Positions 60,789 through 64,000 of a stretch of 64,000 bases of DNA are shown here, piece after piece. Within the stretch, counting starts at the first letter, position 1. Each line of letters starts with the position of its first letter. This DNA comes from an uncultured Hyphomicrobiales bacterium (lineage in GTDB: Bacteria; Bacteroidota; Ignavibacteria; Kapaibacteriales; UBA2268). Made by a program: the position numbers and the translations under genes. The DNA lies in contig CAZJAH010000004.1 of assembly GCA_964544155.1 (NCBI GenBank), forward strand, positions 72,646-136,645, in the 5' to 3' direction. Below the pieces are notes generated by a model that saw only the letters and a list, made by a program, of their open reading frames with translations, did not search any database and was not told the DNA's origin.

Positions 60789-63700
60789 TTATCTTACTAT
60801 CATCAGTTCGCGGAACATGTTGAACTCACCTGCCTGCAGGCGTACCATGTACATACCTGCCGGGAGGTCGCGTCCTTCGAATGTTACCGTGTGGCTGCCG
60901 GCGCTTATAAGCTTACCGTTCAGGAGAACGTCAACGATAGCACCTGCGCTGTTGTAAACGGTCATGGTAACCGCTGATTCAACAGGCAGTGTAAAGCTTA
61001 GATCTGCTTGAGTTTCCATCGGGTTAGGCTTAGGCATATTAAATTCGTAACCGATGTTCACTAGGTCTTCGGCTGAGTTATTGCCTTCAACAATGAATGC
61101 CGGTGTACGGTCGTATTCCATTTCCGGATCGCCATTGAAAATAGCCCTGATCACAGCGTTGTCGCTCTGATCTGTCGGGATCCATTTGTATGCTGTTTTA
61201 AGAGCGTTCACGTCTACTCCGATGAAGTTCCATGTGCTGCCGCCGTCAGCGCTGAACTGAAGGTCGAACCTGCTTACATTGTCATGCATCCAGCGAACGT
61301 TAGTTTCCTGAGCGACTTTAACAATGTCGTTCTCGCGCGGGCTGGTAATTGTAAGGCTGCCGGCAAGTATCTTGAACGGAGTCGAAACTGCCATTACTTC
61401 GTTTGTATTGGCATTAACCATTCTTACAATAGCTTCTTTTGTATTTACTGTAGGAACAGTCCATTCGATCTGGTTCATGTCGGAGCTGATCTCCGGAGTT
61501 ACAGGCATCCAGCCTTCGATACCGTCAGCGGAGAATTCGAACCTGATGGTTACGGATTTGTCAACTGACCAGCGAATATAATCCTGAGCAGCACCGCTGT
61601 AAACACCGTCGGTTGCTGCCGGGCGAATGATCTCAACAGGAGCCGGTGCGAGTTCAAATGTGGCGTCGCTTCTGTCGATTTCAGCGCCTGAGTTAGCGTC
61701 AACAAGCCTTACGAGTGTTTCAACTGAGTTGATCTGCGGCGTGAGCCAGTTGTATTTACCTGCTACTGCAGGAATAGCTTCGTTGTTGATCCTGTTCCAG
61801 GAAGCTCCGCTATTAGTTGAGTATTCAATAAATACAAGCTGATCCTGTACGGGTTTTGTCCATGTTACTGTGTAAAGGTTGCCTGCTCTCCAAATTTCGC
61901 CGCCGTTCGGGTTTGTGATAGTGATATCTTTTCCGATAAGGATAGGCTGAATCGGTTCGAAGTAACCGCGTGAAGTAACGTTACCGCTTTCTACAGCGTG
62001 TACAGAAGTAACTTCTTCGTACCAGTTAAAGATGTATTCGCCCTGAGGATTCACGATTGAGAACCTCAGTGTACCGAGATAAGTCTTGTTGCTCGGAACG
62101 AGTTGGCCCGGTTTGGCGTCTGTGCTGTAGCTGTCATAGTTAATATCGATTGTACGAAGGTCGGAAATCGGGCTTTCTGTATCCTCAAAAGGTGAGGAGA
62201 ATGCCGCGAAGTAACCGAGATCGTTCTTATCGCTGAATATAACTTCTTCAGTCTGTACCATTTCAACGAACCTGAGTGTTGAAGGATCGTACTGAATACC
62301 GAATGTAGCGTTAGCCATGTTGAAGTCGCCGCCTTCGTTTTCGATGTACAGAGGCACATCAATGTAGCCATTGTTAACAAAGGGGTTAGCGCTTACTTTG
62401 TAATCGATGGCGCTGAGCAGTGTTACTCCGCCTTTCTTGGCTTTTTTGCTTATACCTTCGGCTTTCATTACTTCGTATTCTCTTTCGGCCCTGATGAACA
62501 TCATGGACAGGTCGTAATGGTCAGGATGTATCTGGCCGGCTTCTCTCATTATAGGAGCGTTAACCTGTGATACAGCGGTAAGTGATGAAACTTTACCGTT
62601 ATTCCTGTAAACGATTTCTCTGTCATCAGAGTTAACTACGCCGTCGCCGGTGATGTCAGACCTCTTTTCGTTACCGCCGTTATCAGCGAGAACCTGAGCT
62701 CTGTCAGCAGCGTTGATCTGGTTTGTGCTGTCTTTGTAAGCGTCGCCGCCAACCATAGCGGGAAGCTGATTAGCAGCATCACCGTCACGTCCGTCATTGT
62801 AAATAAGGGCTGTTGAAGCATAACCGCTCTGGTTTGCATCAGTTTCAAAATTGCCCCATGCTGTGTATTTCGATCCGATTGACGGAGGATTAGTAGTCAT
62901 ATCAGTCTGAAGCAGAGCTTCGTTTGTTCCTGATGGATCCCAGTTCCTGAAATCCCAGCCTGATTCGATTCCCCATGTATTGGGGTCGTCGCCCGAGTAG
63001 CTGAACGGTGCAGCATACCTGGACATAACAGGCAGGTGGTTAATATGCTCGACTTTAACGAAGTATTCGCCATCGGGCAGTTCAGTAAATACATAAGGAA
63101 CGTTAGCAAAGTTGTTGTCGCCGGCATTAATATTAGCCACGTCAAACGCAGAAGTTGTGTTTTCATATTGTGAAACGTCGCTGTCGTCACCGAGGTCAAC
63201 TTCTACCTGAGGCTGGCCGCCATTCTCTGTAAAGAGCCTGATCATAAGGCCGCCGTCATCATAAGCAGCACCGAGGTTTTTCTGAATACCGTCAACCGCG
63301 CCTTCGTGTAAACCTTCGAGGAGTACCCTTACAGTGAAGTTACTCGGAGGAGTAATATCAAAGAGCGGGCTTTCTACTCTGAGTGTCGGCACGAGGCCGT
63401 CTGCGCTGTTGTTGTATTCTAACTGGTAGCCGTTAATGGTTGCACGTCCGTTCAGGCGGAGGCGTCCGTTAGTCCTGGTCGCGCCGATTTCGCCCTGGTC
63501 GTTGAATGTTGAGTCATTGTTCAGGTCAGGATCAGTGATACCGACATTAAGCCTTGCAGCATATTGTGATTTATTCGCTGTTCCCGGGAATTCATAGTAA
63601 GTATCGCTTGTCGGCAGAGTCATCGCGTTTGTGTATGAAGGAGCGTAAGTTTCGCTTGCAACATACTGGTAAGGCTGGATTACAAGCCCGCCGCCGCCGA

Positions 63701-64000
63701 GTACCGAGTATTCGAGGTCAGCATGGTTCGATCCGTCATTACCATTGCGGAATGCTGTCAGGTTGTTTCTGTTAAAGTCGAAACCTGCCCAGCGGATTCT
63801 GAGATCTTCCTGTGTATTCGGTACTGCCTGTTCGTAAACAGGAGTGATCAGCTTCATATAAGGCCTGGTTGCTTCATACTCATAGTCAGTACCTGTAACT
63901 TTTGCCATGAGGCTGCTGTTGGCCGGATATACAGGGATGCTGTTCTTAACACCGCTGTTTACAAAGCTTCCGCCGTTCATGATGTAAGCGGCAAGAAGGT
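60789..64000 (-). CDS. very large secreted protein with T9SS CTD, 5' end beyond the window (over 1060 aa visible)
   Basis: Open to the window edge. C-terminal ...LPAGMYMVRLQAGEFNMFRELMIVR is CTD-like. Thr/Asn/Gly-rich beta-repeat composition. Confidence 0.65.
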   Translation of the reverse strand, partial: LLAAYIMNGGSFVNSGVKNSIPVYPANSSLMAKVTGTDYEYEATRPYMKLITPVYEQAVPNTQEDLRIRWAGFDFNRNNLTAFRNGNDGSNHADLEYSVLGGGGLVIQPYQYVASETYAPSYTNAMTLPTSDTYYEFPGTANKSQYAARLNVGITDPDLNNDSTFNDQGEIGATRTNGRLRLNGRATINGYQLEYNNSADGLVPTLRVESPLFDITPPSNFTVRVLLEGLHEGAVDGIQKNLGAAYDDGGLMIRLFTENGGQPQVEVDLGDDSDVSQYENTTSAFDVANINAGDNNFANVPYVFTELPDGEYFVKVEHINHLPVMSRYAAPFSYSGDDPNTWGIESGWDFRNWDPSGTNEALLQTDMTTNPPSIGSKYTAWGNFETDANQSGYASTALIYNDGRDGDAANQLPAMVGGDAYKDSTNQINAADRAQVLADNGGNEKRSDITGDGVVNSDDREIVYRNNGKVSSLTAVSQVNAPIMREAGQIHPDHYDLSMMFIRAEREYEVMKAEGISKKAKKGGVTLLSAIDYKVSANPFVNNGYIDVPLYIENEGGDFNMANATFGIQYDPSTLRFVEMVQTEEVIFSDKNDLGYFAAFSSPFEDTESPISDLRTIDINYDSYSTDAKPGQLVPSNKTYLGTLRFSIVNPQGEYIFNWYEEVTSVHAVESGNVTSRGYFEPIQPILIGKDITITNPNGGEIWRAGNLYTVTWTKPVQDQLVFIEYSTNSGASWNRINNEAIPAVAGKYNWLTPQINSVETLVRLVDANSGAEIDRSDATFELAPAPVEIIRPAATDGVYSGAAQDYIRWSVDKSVTIRFEFSADGIEGWMPVTPEISSDMNQIEWTVPTVNTKEAIVRMVNANTNEVMAVSTPFKILAGSLTITSPRENDIVKVAQETNVRWMHDNVSRFDLQFSADGGSTWNFIGVDVNALKTAYKWIPTDQSDNAVIRAIFNGDPEMEYDRTPAFIVEGNNSAEDLVNIGYEFNMPKPNPMETQADLSFTLPVESAVTMTVYNSAGAIVDVLLNGKLISAGSHTVTFEGRDLPAGMYMVRLQAGEFNMFRELMIVR

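Overview
Low-GC (~40%) chromosomal segment, dense with genes, that looks like it comes from a bacterium of the Bacteroidetes/Ignavibacteria type. The best guess is a Melioribacter/Ignavibacterium-like organism, because type IX secretion (T9SS) genes sit alongside flagellar regulators (csrA-fliW, motB). This is an inference. The window is a mosaic of housekeeping operons and surface/secretion genes.

Housekeeping: nfnAB-like NADH:ferredoxin:NADP oxidoreductase; hemC-hemB-hemL tetrapyrrole operon plus a tightly coupled HD-domain gene; ahcY-metK methyl cycle; znuABC; a cold-shock-type DEAD-box helicase; a Ca2+-type P-type ATPase; msrB; ybaK; a stomatin-like SPFH-domain protein; mltD.

Secretion and surface: a ~2270-aa SprA-like T9SS translocon and at least five very large secreted proteins (900-1440 aa) that end in T9SS C-terminal sorting domains.

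Signalling: two overlapping sensor histidine kinase genes, a CheY-like single-domain receiver, and an orphan OmpR-family regulator.

No transposase, integrase, CRISPR array, rRNA or tRNA could be recognised by eye. Several clean rho-independent terminators are visible. Two of them share a 20-mer downstream of two giant T9SS cargo genes.

The more unusual items:
- an OmpR-type regulator translationally coupled to a small MazG-like NTP pyrophosphohydrolase and followed by a frameshifted/truncated DUF262 (GmrSD-like) remnant;
- an isolated 614-aa divergent nitronate-monooxygenase/FabK-like FMN oxidoreductase with a large insertion;
- an orphan, N-terminally short Vsr-like endonuclease with a degenerate FWHGH motif, immediately after a WG-repeat gene;
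- an HD phosphohydrolase with a ~200-aa N-terminal extension fused into the hem operon, carrying an 11-nt tandem duplication at its 3' end.

None of these amounts to a demonstrably novel multi-gene system from sequence alone. All calls are from reading translated ORFs by eye for motifs; no database search was possible.
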